Below, piece after piece: positions 38,692 through 53,024 of a stretch of DNA of 64,000 nucleotides. The first letter of the stretch is position 1. Each line of letters begins with the position of its first letter. This DNA comes from Macrostomum lignano (Eukaryota), in the NCBI GenBank assembly GCA_002269645.1, contig NIVC01000301.1, positions 480,460-544,459 on the forward strand, read 5' to 3'. A program made the translations under genes and the position numbers. The notes beneath the pieces are model-generated. The model was given only the letters and a program-made list of their open reading frames with translations. It did no database searches and was not told the origin of the DNA.

Positions 38692-39388
38692 CAAGGACGA
38701 CTTAAGTAGAAGGACGGGAAACCTCGTTTCTTAGAAAATTTTTGAAGGCACTTTTTCCCGAAAAAATACACTGCGGAGATAGGAAATTTTCATGTTTTCA
38801 GCACAAAAATTGCTATAACTTTTGATAGGAGGCAGATCCAGTGTTGATCTTTTGATATGTTGTGCCTTTTTTATTGCTCTATCGATATTTATAAAGCTTT
38901 CCGTTCAGAAAATCAGGATTCTATGTTAATTTTTTATTCTACGTATATTTCCTGTATCTAAAAATCACAAAAATGCATGACACAGCTCTAATATTTGGTT
39001 TTATGAATCTATTTTATCATCTATGTTACGACTATTTGCTATACAGTCAGGTAAGAAGGATAAAATAGACTCATAAAATCAAAGAGCCAAGCCGTGGCAT
39101 TCTAATGTATTTCAAGCACAAGACACATGAAAATATACGTAGAATAAAAAATTAACATAGAATCCTAATTTTCTGAACGGAAAGATTTATAAATATCGAT
39201 AGAGCAATAAAAAAGGCACAACATATCAAAAGCTCAACACTGGATCTGCCTCCTATCAAAAGTTATAGCAATTTTTGTGCTGAAAAAATGAAAATTTCCT
39301 ATCTCCGCAGTGTATTTTTTCGGGAAAAGTGCCTTCAAAAATTTTCTAAGAAACGAGGTTTCCCGTCCTTCTACTTAAGTCGTCCTTG
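38692..39388. mobile_element. MITE/foldback element, ~700 bp, with ~300-bp inverted arms
   Basis: CAAGGACGACTTAAGTAGAAGGACGGGAAACCTCGTTTC at left is mirrored at right; the arms stay complementary for several hundred bp; inserted in a TA-rich site. Confidence 0.88.
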
Positions 39389-39495
39389 ATATATACATTA
39401 ATGCATTCTAATTTCTAATTATTGTAAAAATTCATCCATCCATCCAAGTCTAATTCATCCATTCAAAACTCTTAATAGAATGAAGAGAACAGCAG

Positions 39496-39659
39496 CAGGG
39501 GCGTAGCTAGGGCTTAGGGCGTAGAGGGCGTAGAGGGCGTAGATGGGGGAACCGGGGACAAATCCCCCGGCCGGAGGGGGACAATTTTTTTACCGCTTTT
39601 GTAATTAAGCTGGATTGATGTCTCTGTTCCCACTGACGTGAATCCTGAATACGCGCCTG
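39496..39659. mobile_element. Small non-autonomous DNA element
   Basis: Imperfect TIR CAGGGGCGTAGCTAGG ... CCTGAATACGCGCCTG; a possible 8-bp TSD (G/T)AGAACAG. Confidence 0.4.
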
Positions 39660-40889
39660 TAGAACAGTGAATTTGTTATTAAATAAGGATTACATGCCAA
39701 ATCTATTCTTTCTAGAAGCATGCATCGATAAAATTATTTGATTTAATAAAATATATCAATACAATCCATTAATATTTGTTGTCGCTTGCGTAATCTATAA
39801 GTGTTTCTATATATTTTAGACTTTTTCGCAAAAAATTATCTGGCAATGCTCTTCCAAAAGACGAACATTCGATCTGCTTTTGCTTTTTAGTAATAAGTAT
39901 CGCTATTTTTCTGTAAAAATGAACTAGCTAGCTGATTCACTATGCATTTTGAGGCACATTTATATTAACTGCTGCTCCTCACATAATTTCGAAGCAAGTA
40001 CCCGATCGCGATGTTTATTTTATATTTGATGCAGAGATTATGTATGTTTTTTTAAGTTGTCAAGTCGGTAGAAACGAGAATTTAAAAGAGAGGTTTGTTT
40101 TACGCTTTAAATAATGCGTGTCAATTTTTTAAACAGTTGATTTCATTGAAATGGACCAGCCGACCCTATTGTTTGATATCGATGCTTTCGTTGTCATGAT
40201 TGTTTTTCAACCTTCAGGATCCACGAAAAGCCAGAAAAGAAGTTTAATTGTTACAAATTCTTGTTAGTATTCTGGAACGAACACCTGGTGCCTAACAGTG
40301 AGTTGTTGAAGAAAAAATTAAAATAAAGAGTAAAGACCCCAACCAACCAAAGACAAAAATCAAAACTTAACAACTTGGCTAGAATAGAAATGTATAAACT
40401 AAAAACAAGCTATCAATTGTGGTGCATCCCATGTGTTAAATTTGTGATCTCACTAAACTGTTTTGATTAGGAATAAATTTTTTACTGCCTTTTTAAATGT
40501 TATTTGTCATATAACTTCAAGATGTTATTTGAGAACTGATAGATATATAAAAAGACCTATTTTTGGCTTCATTCAAGAACAATTAAAAACTTCTAATAAT
40601 TTATATAATTTAAAAAATACAACCTATTATAATTTCTAATTATGGCTCAGAATGCTAAAATAAGATCAGAATCCTAAGCCAGGCTAAGCCAATATAATAA
40701 TAGCATAATAGTAAATAGGCCTACAGTATTTTTTCAGTCAATTAGCAAATACTAGCAATCTTCGCCCCCCGATGGGGGACATCTGGATAGAATCTCTGTT
40801 TTCTACAAGTAACAAAAAGACAGCCAAAAATCCTTCAAAAAGACAATAGACAAACTGCTCAAATGAAGTGCATTGCAAAAAGAAATCAT

Positions 40890-41432
40890 CCCAAGACTGC
40901 AAGCATCCCCCAGATAGCAAGCATCCCCAAGATAGCAAGCATCCCCAAGATAGCAAGCATCCCCCAGATAGCAAGCATCCCAAGACTGCAAGCATCCCCA
41001 AGATAGCAAGCATCCCCCAGATTGCAAGCATCCCCCAGATAGCAAGCATCCCCAAGATAGCAAGCATCCCCCAGATAGCAAGCATCCCCCAGATAGCAAG
41101 CATCCCCCAGATAGCAAGCATCCCCAAGATAGCAAGCATCCCCCAGATAGCAAGCATCCCCAAGATAGCAAGCATCCCCAAGATAGCAAGCATCCCTCAG
41201 ATAGCAAGCATCCCCCAGATAGCAAGCATCCCCAGATAGCAAGCATCCCCCAGATAGCAAGCATCCCCAAGATAGCAAGCATCCCTCAGATAGCAAGCAT
41301 CCCCCAGATAGCAAGCATCCCCCAGATAGCAAGCATCCCCCAGATAGCAAGCATCCCCAAGATAGCAAGCATCCCCAAGATAGCAAGCATCCCCCAGATA
41401 GCAAGCATCCCCCAGATTGCAAGCATCCACCA
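40890..41432. repeat. 19-21-bp minisatellite
   Basis: Unit GCAAGCATCCCC(C/A)AGATA, ~26 copies. Confidence 0.97.
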
Positions 41433-41524
41433 GACAATAAGTAGCTAGTGCGACAATTTCCTTAGCATTATAGCGGCTCCTTTAAAATTCGCTTACTTTT
41501 ACGTTTGAAATTGTGTATCTTTTA

Positions 41525-42712
41525 TGTTTAACAGGGTGGCTCTTTTATGTCATACATTGTGGCTCTTTTATGTTATACATTGTGGCTCTTTTTTGTTATA
41601 CATTGTGGCTCTTTTATGTTATATATTGTGGCTCTTTTTTGTTATACATTGTGGCTCTTTTATGTTATACATTGTGGCTCTTTTTTGTTCTATGCTCGTA
41701 CATGGTAACTCTTTTATGTTTGATACGGTGGCTTTTCAATGTCTGACATAGTGGCTCTTCTATGTTTGACATGGGGGCTCTTCTATGTTTGACATGGGGG
41801 CTCTTCTATGTTTGACAAAGTGGCTTTTTAATGTTTGACATGGTGGCTCTATTATGTTTGACATGGTGGCTCTTTAATGTTCGAAATGGTGGTTCTTTAA
41901 TGTTCAAAAAGGTGGCTCTTTTATGTTTGACATGATGGCTCTTTAATGTTTGACATGGTGGCTCTTTAATGTTTGACATGGTGGCTCTTTAATGTTAGAC
42001 AAAGTAGCTCTTTAATGTTTGACATGATGGCTCTTTAATGTTGGACATGGTGGCTCTTTAATGTTAGACATGGTGGCTCTTTAATGTTCGACATAAAGTC
42101 ACTTATATGTTTGACATGATGGCTCTTTTATGTTTAACATGGTGGCTCTTTAATGTTTGACATGGTAGCTCTTTTATGTTCGACATGGTGGCTCTTTAAT
42201 GTTCGACATGGTGGCTCTTTTATGTTTGACATGGTGTCGCTTCAATGTTTGACATGGCGGCTCTTTAATGTTCGACATGGTGGCTCTTTAATGTTTGACA
42301 TGGTAACTCTTTTATGTTTGATATGGTGGCTCTTTTATGTTCGACATGGTGGCTCTTTAATGTTCGACATGGTGGCTCTTTTAGGTTTGAAATGGTGGCT
42401 CTTTAATGTTTGACATTGTGGCTCTTTAATGTTTGACATGGTGGCTTTTTAATGTTCGACATGGTGGCTCTTTTATGTTTGATATGGTGGCTCTTTTATG
42501 TTTGACATGGTGGCTCTTTAATGTTCGACATGGTGGCTCTTTTAGGTTTGACATGGTGGCTCTTTAATGTTTGACATGGTGGCTCTTTAATGTTCGACAT
42601 GGTGGCTCTTTAATGTTTGACATGGTAACTCTTTAATGTTTGACATTGTGGCTCTTTAATGTTTGACATGGTGGCTTTTTAATGTTCGACATGGTGGCTC
42701 TTTAATGTTTAG
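41525..42712. repeat. ~21-23-bp minisatellite with 5'-to-3' variant gradient
   Basis: Unit CATGGTGGCTCTTTAATGTTTGA; the early units are CATTGTGGCTCTTTTATGTTATA. Confidence 0.95.
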
Positions 42713-43588
42713 AATTTTGTGTTTTTTAAGGTGTTTTAATAAAAAAAACATTTTTCACTACTAAGATTCGAACCAAGGTCGCTACATTTGCATTCCAGTC
42801 TGTTTGCATCCGGCTATCTCTTTTCAATTGGAGAACATGACTTGTGGCCCTTATAATTCAATACTTATAGCAAGTCGGTTAGAGTAAAAAGTTATGACAT
42901 AATCAATTTCTCAGTCAGCCAGTATCAGTCTCAATTCAAGTTAGCAATATGGTTACGCAATTTAAATCAAGTCTTGTGTGCATTTCTTCGGCACTGTTTT
43001 CAACTGGTTGTGATGCAATCTTTATCACAATCGGAATTCAGCCAGTCAGTTTTTTCTCTAGCATTCTTACAATGCATTTCAGGTCGAAAGAGCTGCTTGA
43101 CCTTTGCAAAAAAGCATGTTTTTCGAATATTTAATCCCTTTAATATTGAGCAATTTCTTAGCCAAGATGCATGTACTGTCCCAGGAAAATTTCTGATCGA
43201 ATGGTGCAAGTTTGAAGAAAATCGGTTAAGCTGTTTTTTCTGAAATCTATCTCACAGAGACACACATTTCATTTTTAGTATATAGGATTTTGCATTAGAT
43301 ACTTGAAATTTTTACAAAATTCTTTTTGTTTTTACTTTCTTCAACAGGTTAGCTTGCTTGCCCCTAGTCAAGAAACAACTTTAATCTTATACTATAAGCC
43401 TATTTGAAATTTTGATTAGCATTTATACTTATATACAGTTTTTTAATTAGAATTTCTAAAGTGTTTTAAGATTTTTTCAATGGGCCTAAACAAATAACAA
43501 TATGTTTCTATGCTTTTTGGTGCCTATGCTTTTTGGTGCCCTAGTGTATGATGCTTAAATAATAAAAAAGTAATCTAATAATAGTATA

Positions 43589-44929
43589 CAAGTGTTATTT
43601 CAAAAGTTCATAGAAAGTGATAAAAAGCAAGCAGATATCAAAAAGCTGGTTGCAACACATTAATCAGCATCTCAATTTGATCTCTCAATGTAATTGCCAC
43701 ATATACACATATGTATACATATATACACATATATACACATTCGCATGCGCTATAGCCAGCTATCAAAGCAACCCTTAAAATCAGCTTTTTCAATGGAGTT
43801 GAGCTGCTCATTCACAGTAAAAATCAGCTCATCACAAGTCAAACAACTTTCATATAGCGGCTGCTTGATTTTCAGAAATAACCAAAAAACACACAATGCC
43901 AGATCCAGTGAATACGACAGAGTGCTCAGCAGCTTGATGCTAGAAGCATGAATGTCTTGCACTGTGTTGTTCATTGTGTGCGCAGGTGCGTTATTGTGAT
44001 GTAGGAAGTAGTGGCATAGCTTAGCTTTGCCATGGCCAGCTGCAATGGAATTGAACACAATGAGCAAAAAGCTGGTCATGTACCAATCAGATGTCACAGT
44101 GCAGCCTTTCTCAATAGGCACTAAGGCTACAATGCCTCTGGGTGAGAAGAAAATTGCAAACATGATTTTCCCAGCTGACCTCATCTGCTTTGCCTTTTGC
44201 AGAGGTGGGGCTCCTTTCAGTGACCAAAACATTGACTGTGATTTAGTTTGCGGGTCGTACTGATAACACTAGGCTTCATCACCTGTGACAATATTCTGAA
44301 AGTTTGCAGATGCTCCATCTTTTAACTGATCCAGGAAATTTTTGTAGAAATCAATTCTCTGCTGCTTCTGCTCAGGCAAGAGGATTTGTGGCACCCATTT
44401 GACAGCTTTCTTGGTGACACCAAAATCTTCATGCAAGATCCTCCAAATCAATGTGGCATCAATGCCCAAACTCTCCTCCATCTTCTCAATTGTTAGTCTT
44501 GCATCCTTGTTCAATGCTCACTGCACAGCAGCCACATTTAAGGAGTCTGTTGATGTTCTTGGATGACCATCTCTTGGCTCATCAGCCAGATTGAAATGGC
44601 TGGCTCTAAAGCAACCAAACCACTTGTGTACAGTGCTAAGCGATAGAGCTTCATCTTGCAATACAGTCTTCATCTTAGCAGTAGCTTCATTTGCGCTAGA
44701 GCCTCAATGAAACAGAAACATCATTATGGCTCTTGACTGCTCCTTGGAGAATGCAGGAAATGCAGTGGGGGGTTCAGAGTTTGATTGCAGATTTCTGGTG
44801 GCCATTTCAATTAATTTTGCTGAAAATTTAGCTATAGGCTTTGGGTATATGAAATAGTATTTGTGAAAAGTTTCAAGGCTATAGCTTAATGCAAAGATGG
44901 CTTTTCTAAAACTTTTGAAATACCCCTTG
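43589..44929 (-). mobile_element. Full-length but inactive mariner (Tc1/mariner) transposon, ~1.34 kb
   Basis: TIR CAAGTGTTATTTCAAAAGTT / AACTTTTGAAATACCCCTTG, flanked by TA. Transposase remnants WVPQIL, IVTGDEA, HHNNAPAH (Asp lost), YSLDLALCVF (Asp lost); stops and frameshifts. Confidence 0.92.
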
Positions 44930-47429
44930 TAATAAATGCTTTATAAAACTTTTTATTTTCCTAATATGGTAAATTGGTAGGTTTCTTTAATTTTGAGAGT
45001 CCAATTGATTTAATTGCATTTGCTATATCCTATATTAGATACAAGGCTGCACTTTGCATGTATGCTAAGAAGAATTAGTTAGGTAAAGATGAAATCTATC
45101 AACAACAATATTGAAACACATTGTTTCAAAATTGATTAGTTTTGATCAAATTTATAGAATGTGAGTCATGGCAAATCTATTTTGATATTGATTTTTTGAA
45201 TCGTGACTTATGATTGATATCTTAAGAAATTGAGATAAAAATTTAATATATAGATTTAAATAAAATGAGAGGCTTCTCAAAATTATAACAGTAGATCAGC
45301 TTCACAAAATGAATAATACCTTAGTTATTTAAAGTAAAGAAGTATTGCAAAGCATATATTGTTAAATTAAGGCTCACTTTCTATTTTTTGTATCTATTCT
45401 AACTTATAATTTAGGTACCAAAAAGCAAACTAAGGTACTGAAATGCTAGACACTGAAAAGCATTGGAATTGAAGTGTGGATATCTAATAGTACATAGAAT
45501 TTTTTAAAATTATAGTAATAGCAAATTGTTATAAATGAATTATATTAAGTAATAAATAAATTGTGACATTAAGTTATACAAATTATGTATCATTTAGTAG
45601 TGATAGTAAAGTAGGCCTATCTTATTTAATGATAGGCCTTTTTAGTGGTCTTAAGTGTCTAGTGACTAATTTTTTTGCCCCTAAGCCATTTTTGCCATGG
45701 ATGTTTTATCCTTAGACTATTCAGCCTATAGGCCATTTTGCCCCTAAGCCAATTTGGTCGAACTAGTTCAACCAAGGTAGTATGGAATGTTTATACATTC
45801 TTTGTTAGTCTTAAAGTAAATTGACAAATTTTTTGTCTTGCGAATTTTTATGAATTACTATATTTATAGATCTATATATATTATAATTTTATTTTAATTA
45901 ATTGCTAAATTTGCCAAAATAAATTAACGGTTAGCTGACTAGGCTCATGATCTTGGTAGAAGTCTATTGCCATAAGCATGATCTACTATGGTAGATATAG
46001 ATAGATATAAACAGATTGCTAAATTGCCCAACTATCATTAATATACAAGCTCTAGGCTAAGTAGACAGGTAGATATACTTTATATAACTTGCCATTAAGT
46101 GTGGAATTTATATTGTCTATGCAGCTTGCAGTTTGAATTTAGCTCAAATTAAGAACTTTTCTATCACACTACAAACCACTGGCTAATTTTTCATTCCCAA
46201 AGTAATGCATGGAATCAGACCAGGGGTTGTGATATATGAGTTGGACATGTTTACAATTGAGCTTGTTCTGTCCTTTATAGACAGTTTTATTTTTTACACT
46301 AAATACTAGTGTTCTACTAAATATAGACACTATATATTAATATTTCTACTATTAGATATAAGTATAAAAAAACAATTAGGTTCCAACATGCAGCTTTGGA
46401 GTTGTTTTGCCTATCTTAAGGAAGGAAATTTGCAGGCTTCTATAATATGGCAAAGCTTTGTGTAGCTCATAACTGACATTCAAAAGAGCATTGAGTCTCT
46501 TTGGATATTCATATCAGCCTATGTATGCAATTTCTCATTGAAGATTAGACTAGGGTTTGTAGCTAATATGCTATTCTGCATAGACAATGGCTGATCTCAA
46601 AGTTCTCAAGTTGAGCATTATGCCCTAGTCTGACCAGGACTTGCCATTTTCATTTTCCTTACTCTTTCTGTTCAGTTGACCTCTCTTAAACCTGGATAAG
46701 CTGCTTTGGCTAAATCTGACATAAGATCGCAATGTACTTTCATAAGATTTCCTCGCGCAATGGGCAGTGCGCTGGATTGAAGCTGTATTCTCTCTGGCTC
46801 CATCCGGGATCAGGGGAAGCTGGAACTAGGGAAGGCAACTCCTTTAGCGATGTTATTGGAGATCGGTGAGCTTCCCCTTGACCCGAGATTGAACCCGGCC
46901 TTCTAATTGAGATTTTTCAACCCTTTTTATTCCCAACTCAATCTGCTTTTAATTTGTTTCAAATCCCGACAGACAGAGCTGCAGTCCCGCTGTGCTGCAA
47001 TGCGATTTGAAATTTCCTGGCCAGCGCGAAAGGTCAAGCAGCTGCAGCACTGGCTCGGCTTACTGATAGCCAATGCAGTACCACATGGCGGATGCTCGCT
47101 TAGATGCAGTTTAGATGCATCAGTTTCCCGTGTTCGCTGCAGCCTCTCTTTCCCCCGCGTGTGGTTGTGGCCATGTTTTTCCAATGAAGGGAATTCTCTG
47201 CAGAACAGGACGCTTCAGCGCCAGCTGACTGCTAACGTTAGATTAGAGCCGCAGCCACGGCTGAGGGGGAGGGGCATTCTTGAAGCAGTTTTTTCAATGC
47301 TTTTTAACTGCAGGGGCACAAGCTTGATGTCTCTGTTAGTATGAGTGCTCCAGATTCAATAGTCTGGCTGCTTGGGACCACCAACTGCCATTCTAGCCAT
47401 TCTTTTAGTAGTTCGTCTATTGCGTAACC

Positions 47430-47747
47430 CAAGCAGATCCGCAAACTTTTCTACCTCAAAGGCCGGGTAAAAAATCTTGCTTAATGGTTGCGGGCCAGAT
47501 GAGAGATGAGAGAAGACAGGAAAACACCAGAGATGAGATAATAGGAGAGAGGAGAAAAGAATATAGATAAGATGAGAGATAAAAGGAGAGAAGAGATGAG
47601 AGAAAAGAAACGAGTGGAGAGAAGATCGGGAGAAGGTATAAGAGAACTGAGAAGAGGCCTTTAGCGGGCCGGATTGCTATTGTGAAGTTTTAAAGGACCC
47701 GAGGGCTGGATAGAGAGGCTTCGTGGGCCGGAGTTTGACGACCTCTG
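47430..47747. mobile_element. hAT-like non-autonomous element
   Basis: Right end GGCCGGAGTTTGACGACCTCTG, degenerate left end; 8-bp flanking duplication GCGTAACC / GTGTAACC. Confidence 0.5.
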
Positions 47748-48229
47748 GTGTAACCCCATCGGCTGGCCCAAATCTGCAGCTTAACAGTTCAGCACTTGGC
47801 TATATAAAAGCCATCAACTAACCGCGGTCACTCTTCCAATTTACTAAACTGTAAGGATTTCAAAGGCATTGAGCAAATACTCCCCGATTGTGGAAATAGA
47901 AATTGAGTTTTGCAGCTGGCGCCTGTGCATTAGTGCATTTCCTCTTCGAGCGCTCCTCTCCCCGCTGCCCCGCTGGGAGCGCCACTGGGTCGCTTTGAGT
48001 GGCCTGCTGATGCCGGGGAGGGGAGGCTGTGGCGAGAATGAGATGAGGCTGAGTGGCCAGCTCTGGGCCTTCAATTTATTAGCCTAAGCCTGCTGGCTGT
48101 TGGCGGGGCTTCGGCGCGACAGTTTCTTCAATTTGTTAGGGGAAGGCCTTCGATTCTGCTTTGCGCATGTAGCTGATGGCGCTGTGGCCTCTGCCGCCTT
48201 CAATTGATCAGCTGCTGATGCTCATAGTT

Positions 48230-48910
48230 GCTCTCATCTACTCTCATCCTTCTCTGTCTACTCCCACTCTTGTCTGCGTTTAATCTCACCCTTCTCTGTC
48301 TACTCCCACTATTGTCTGCGTCTACTCTCATCCTTCTCTGTCTACTCCCACTCTTGTCTGCGTCTACTCTCATCCTTCTCTGTCTACTCTCACTCTTGTC
48401 TGCGTCTACTCTCATCCTTCTCTGTCTACTCCCACTCTTGTCTGCGTCTAATCTCACCCTTCTCTCTCTACTCCCACTCTTGTCTGCGTCTACTCTCATC
48501 CTTCTCTGTCTACTCTCACTCTTGTCTGCGTCTAATCTCACCCTTCTCTCTCTACTCCCACTCTTGTCTGCGTCTACTCTCATCCTTCTCTGTCTACTCC
48601 CACTCTTGTCTGCGTCTAATCTCACCCTTCTCTCTCTACTCCCACTCTTGTCTGCGTCTAATCTCACCCTTCTCTCTCTACTCCCACTCTTGTCTGCGTC
48701 TACTCTCATCCTTCTCTGTCTACTCCCACTCTTGTCTGCGTCTAATCTCACCCTTCTCTCTCTACTCCCACTCTTGTCTGCGTCTAATCTCACCTTCTCT
48801 GTCCACTCCCACTCTTGTCTGCGTCTAATCTCACCCTTCTCTCTCTACTCCCACTCTTGTCTGCGTCTAATCTCACCTTCTCTGTCCACTCCCACTCTTG
48901 TCTGCGTCTA
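48230..48910. repeat. 42-bp minisatellite
   Basis: Unit CTACTCCCACTCTTGTCTGCGTCTACTCTCATCCTTCTCTGT, with a variant ...CTAATCTCACCCTTCTCTCT. Confidence 0.96.
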
Positions 48911-51900
48911 CTCGCAGTTTTGTCTTCAACTCATCATCGTTTTTTCTTTACCATCTCTTCTCTGATCTCAACCAAAATCTCATCCTCTTTTCTTTTGCGT
49001 ACGATTGCTGCCTCGGTAAATCTGATGCCGTGCACACAGCTCCGGTGCTAGCTAAAGACCAGTAAAGTCTGTACTGTGCGATGCTTATGTAATTACAGCT
49101 CTCACTCGAGTATGATTGATGCTCCTGCACTGCCTTGTAGTGTTTTCTTGCCAGCCAGCAAGTGTATATTTATTGGGCCCTTAGTTTCGCATATCGCATC
49201 ATTATGGATTGGCCCAGTTGGTTGCGGCAATATTATTAATCACCAGTGTCAGTCGGCTGCACGCAATCTCTGGCCAAGTAAAGTTCGAGTATGCTTGTAG
49301 TTTTATGTTCGGACTGTTTCTCAGTGAAATTTTATTCGGCTTTATGCGGATCAGATCTAGATAAAATGTCAGATGAAGCTGGCACGAAGTTTCGCATTTT
49401 GCGTGCCATTTTAGCGAGTCTGAGCCGCTTTAGCCCGTGAGCTGATCCCTCTTGTGCTCGGCCGAATTGGGAACAGCTCATTTCTGCACTTTTATCCCCC
49501 CTTTGAGGATTCTGTTCTGCATTGCCAGCTGAACTGACAGCTGCCGGAATATATTGCGGGGTCGGGCCGGCTGGCCTTGAGCAGTAGCCCCCCCCCCTGC
49601 TGCTGCTTGCCTTGCTCAAACCCCCCCCCCCCGGATACAGCATCACTAGCTGCCTTTTCCTCCAGTTTATCTATACAGAGGGCCTGTGCCTCCCAGCTCT
49701 GCCCTGCCATGTGCTCTTCTGTATCTCCTTCGCGCAGTCTCGCTCTAGGCCGCATCATCATGCTATGCTCAGCCCAGCTGTCTGGTAACTGTGCGCACAA
49801 ACCAACCACCCTCCCCATCAGCCCCAGTCCGTCTGGTCCGCGCTTTTTCTTCCATTTCTCCATCGCCTGCTGGAGTAATTTCCCCTGTTGGGGGATTATT
49901 TTACAATGCATGAATGGCGGGCGGTGGGGTGAGAGTTCGTAGTCCCAAACTGCCGAGAAGAGGTTCGGGATTCATAGATGGCGGGTCGGAGGGGGATTCC
50001 TCTGGGTTAAAATGCCCCCTCCAGTGGCTTCGTTGGACTTTATGGGATTTTCTGCACTGGGCCAGACGTACTTTTGATTCCCGATCCAGATCGTGTGTTT
50101 TGGTAGTTTTTTTATTGCCTGCATTACCTATGCCCTTCCGTGTGCAGTTGAAGGACGTGCTACTTTTGACTTCTGGATTTCTTGTCGCTAAAGCAAGCAC
50201 TAACCATCGGATCTGCTGCATGAAGAGTTGAACTGGGTTTTCATTTTTTTGTAAAAGAAGAAAGTGGGTTACGTAATTGTGGGTTGAGAATATGGCCTCT
50301 CTAATGCCTTTGCGCAGGAGTTCAGGTGGCCGACAAGAGTTTAGTTTGATCGGAGAGCCCTTGCACCCTCGGGGTCATGCCAGTTCATGGTGGTGCAGTT
50401 GTTTCCGAATTAAACTCAATTGACATTTTCTCTTGAGTTTAGCCTCAAGGCTTCTCACTCGACAGACAGTGTTAAGCATTGCGCGGCGCACGCTAGCTTA
50501 GTCAAGGCTTAATCCCTTTGCTCTGAGGCTTGTGTGATTCACACAGGGCCGGCTCAGGCTCAGTAAGGGTTAAATGCGGTACTGGGCGGCAAAGTGCGCA
50601 GTCCCGGGCTGCGGCCCGTACCACTATGAAGCCTTATTTTTGGAATCCAGACCAGATGAGGCATCGCATGTGAGGAGCCGACTTTAGCCCGGCTTAGCCT
50701 GCCTCAGTCTGCCCGAGTGCGATCGACCGTCATCCTCTGGTCTGCGTATCAGCTGACTTGTGTTTGTTTCTGCGCTGGGTGGAGTGGAGAGGTCGGAGTC
50801 GGGCTGATAGCAGCCGCCCCCCTCCTCCCCGACTTCTCCCCTCCGCGCCCCATTCGTGCGCTCTTTTCCTTCCCCATAATTTCTGTGCTTCTCCTTCCGT
50901 TCCGTCTCTGTTCCAAGCAGCCGCGCCGCGGCGGGGAGACGGAGGCCGCTATGTGAGTCATATAGTCGTCAATTGGGGATGAAGTAGGGCAATGGGGAAG
51001 GGGGGGGTTTAGAGTGGGAAAAATAAGCCCAAGGCATGGAGACCGGGAACAAGAACCTGGTGTAACAACTCTCCTCTCCTCATTTTTTAAATCTGAATTT
51101 GTTCAGAGTTAAAATGAGACCAAGTTCTGAAACGAAAGTCGGTTGAACCGAATCAAATCTCAAAAGCTCGACCTATCTAATGGTGTGCAAACTGAGTCTG
51201 CCAGACTCTGATGCTGAGTCTCCCTGGCCGAGGGGAAGGGGACCGACTTTGTGCTTTGTGTACGCCGCAGAGGATATCCTGCCGGCCGGCAGTAAAACTA
51301 AATCTGATTGGAGCGAGACGGAGTCTCAGATTATATTAAAGCAAAGGTTGTGAGTGCTATTTTTATATCACAAGAAGCTGACTGTCAAGCCAAGCGGCAG
51401 CTCAACAAGAGTCTAAATAGCAGCATTGGCTTATTGGATTTGCCAGTTAGGGCGCTGAGCGCTCCTGTCCGCCCCTCCCTGCCACTAATTGGGGCTTCGA
51501 GGTCCGGAATGAAACGAACCTGTCAATTAGGCTGCTGCTCCTTTGCATTCACCGTCCTGTCCCTTGGGACAGAGCCTTATGACTTCCTATCAGCTTGGGT
51601 CTCCATCGACTCTCTAACTTAAGTGACCTCTCCAGCTTCTTCTTGAGTTATTGTGAAGCCGTCCGGCTTTTAGATGAGCCAATGATGATAAGAGTGTACT
51701 TATATCCATTCATTTTGCCGTGCTAAAACTTCAAGTCTGGCAGTCTGCCAAAAAGTGGAACGAAAAACTTTGCTACCGCAGTTAAATAATTCAAATAGAG
51801 AGTTCATCGACTGGATTGAGCGATTGATTTCACCTCTGCAGTGTACATCATCGTGTGGCAGATTTTAGTGAGGAGACAACGCGCTCTGAGCATGACTAGG

Positions 51901-52159
51901 AGACTGCTAGGGTGGGACGGAATCCCTTTTAATCTCGACTCGACCTCTGTGCTCGCTCTCCCTCATCTTGTCCTATGCATCTTCTTCCCCACTCGGCCAC
52001 GCCTCAGGCGCGCTCCGGTGCAGAGCAATTTGGCAACGAGCCAAGAAACTCCAATAGCTGGATTTGCACTCACGCGATAGGCTTGGCGGTTCGGTTTTTC
52101 TTGAGCTTCTATGCTCTGAGGGATCGAGAGTTTTGATCATATTAAATGGCCTAGGAAGG

Positions 52160-52370
52160 CAGCGGTGCCATCTGAAGGGTCTGGGGAGCCAGCTGCACCA
52201 TCTGAAGGGTCTGGGGAGCCAGTGGCGCCACCTGAAGGGTCTGGGGAGACAGCGGCGCCATCTGAAGGGTCCGGGGAGACAGCGGCGCCATTTGAAGGGT
52301 CTGGGGAGACAGCGGCGCCATCTGAAGGGTCTGGGAAGGCAGCTGCGTCATCTGAAGAGTCTGGGGGGCA
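52160..52370. repeat. 30-bp minisatellite, ~7 copies
   Basis: Unit CCATCTGAAGGGTCTGGGGAGACAGCGGCG. Confidence 0.94.
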
Positions 52371-53024
52371 GCGGAAAAAGCAATTAAAAAAGATATTAGC
52401 CAGATGATAATTATAGAAGTCACTAATTCTTTGGGTGGGCCAGAAACCGCTAAAAGCAGTTAACTAAACGCACTCAAATATGCTTTTTAGTTTCCGCTCC
52501 GCTTTCAACTCTCAATTCAACGATGCATTTTCGGCCAGTGCTTTGAAGTGTTTCCTGGGTTGGGGAGGGGGGAGGCCAGGAACCAGGCCTAAGCAATTTG
52601 TCAGCTCAGTGTGACTGGCAATTGGGTGCAGTAAAATAATATAATATTTGGGGCAATTAATGCGCAGTCTAGCGCCTGCGTCAGAGCTGCTTGAGTGCGT
52701 CTCTTGTTTGCATCTGTGCCCCCCCCCCCCAGACGGCTAGCTCTGGCTGCGGTGCACTCATGGCCATTCGCAACACTTGCTTCTTGGCCTGCAGGCTTTG
52801 CAGAAAACTTTTCGCCTTTCGCTGTATTCCGGAGCTTCTGCGTCTCAGATAAACTGTTTTCTTTAACTAATTTTCTATTTGATGGTCTTATTGTCGTAGA
52901 GGGACCAAGATGAACTAGCAAAATATTAATATCGATTTTCTGTTGATTTTAGCTACCATATGCTTTTATTTATTGTCTGTCTGTGCCCCAGGACCTCCGG
53001 ATCAGTCTCTTTGAATCCCTACCA

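Noticed and set aside
40738-42413. Repetitive ORFs (MLAILG, GDACYL and similar)
   Set aside because: They are minisatellite translations with no splice or domain support.
49330-50230. Possible LINE RT fragment (KKRGPDGL...PDSW on the minus strand)
   Set aside because: There is only a weak single-motif resemblance and no further RT motifs.
52165-52407. Proteoglycan-like (EGSGE)n peptide
   Set aside because: It is a 30-bp minisatellite open in several frames, with no signal peptide or downstream donor.
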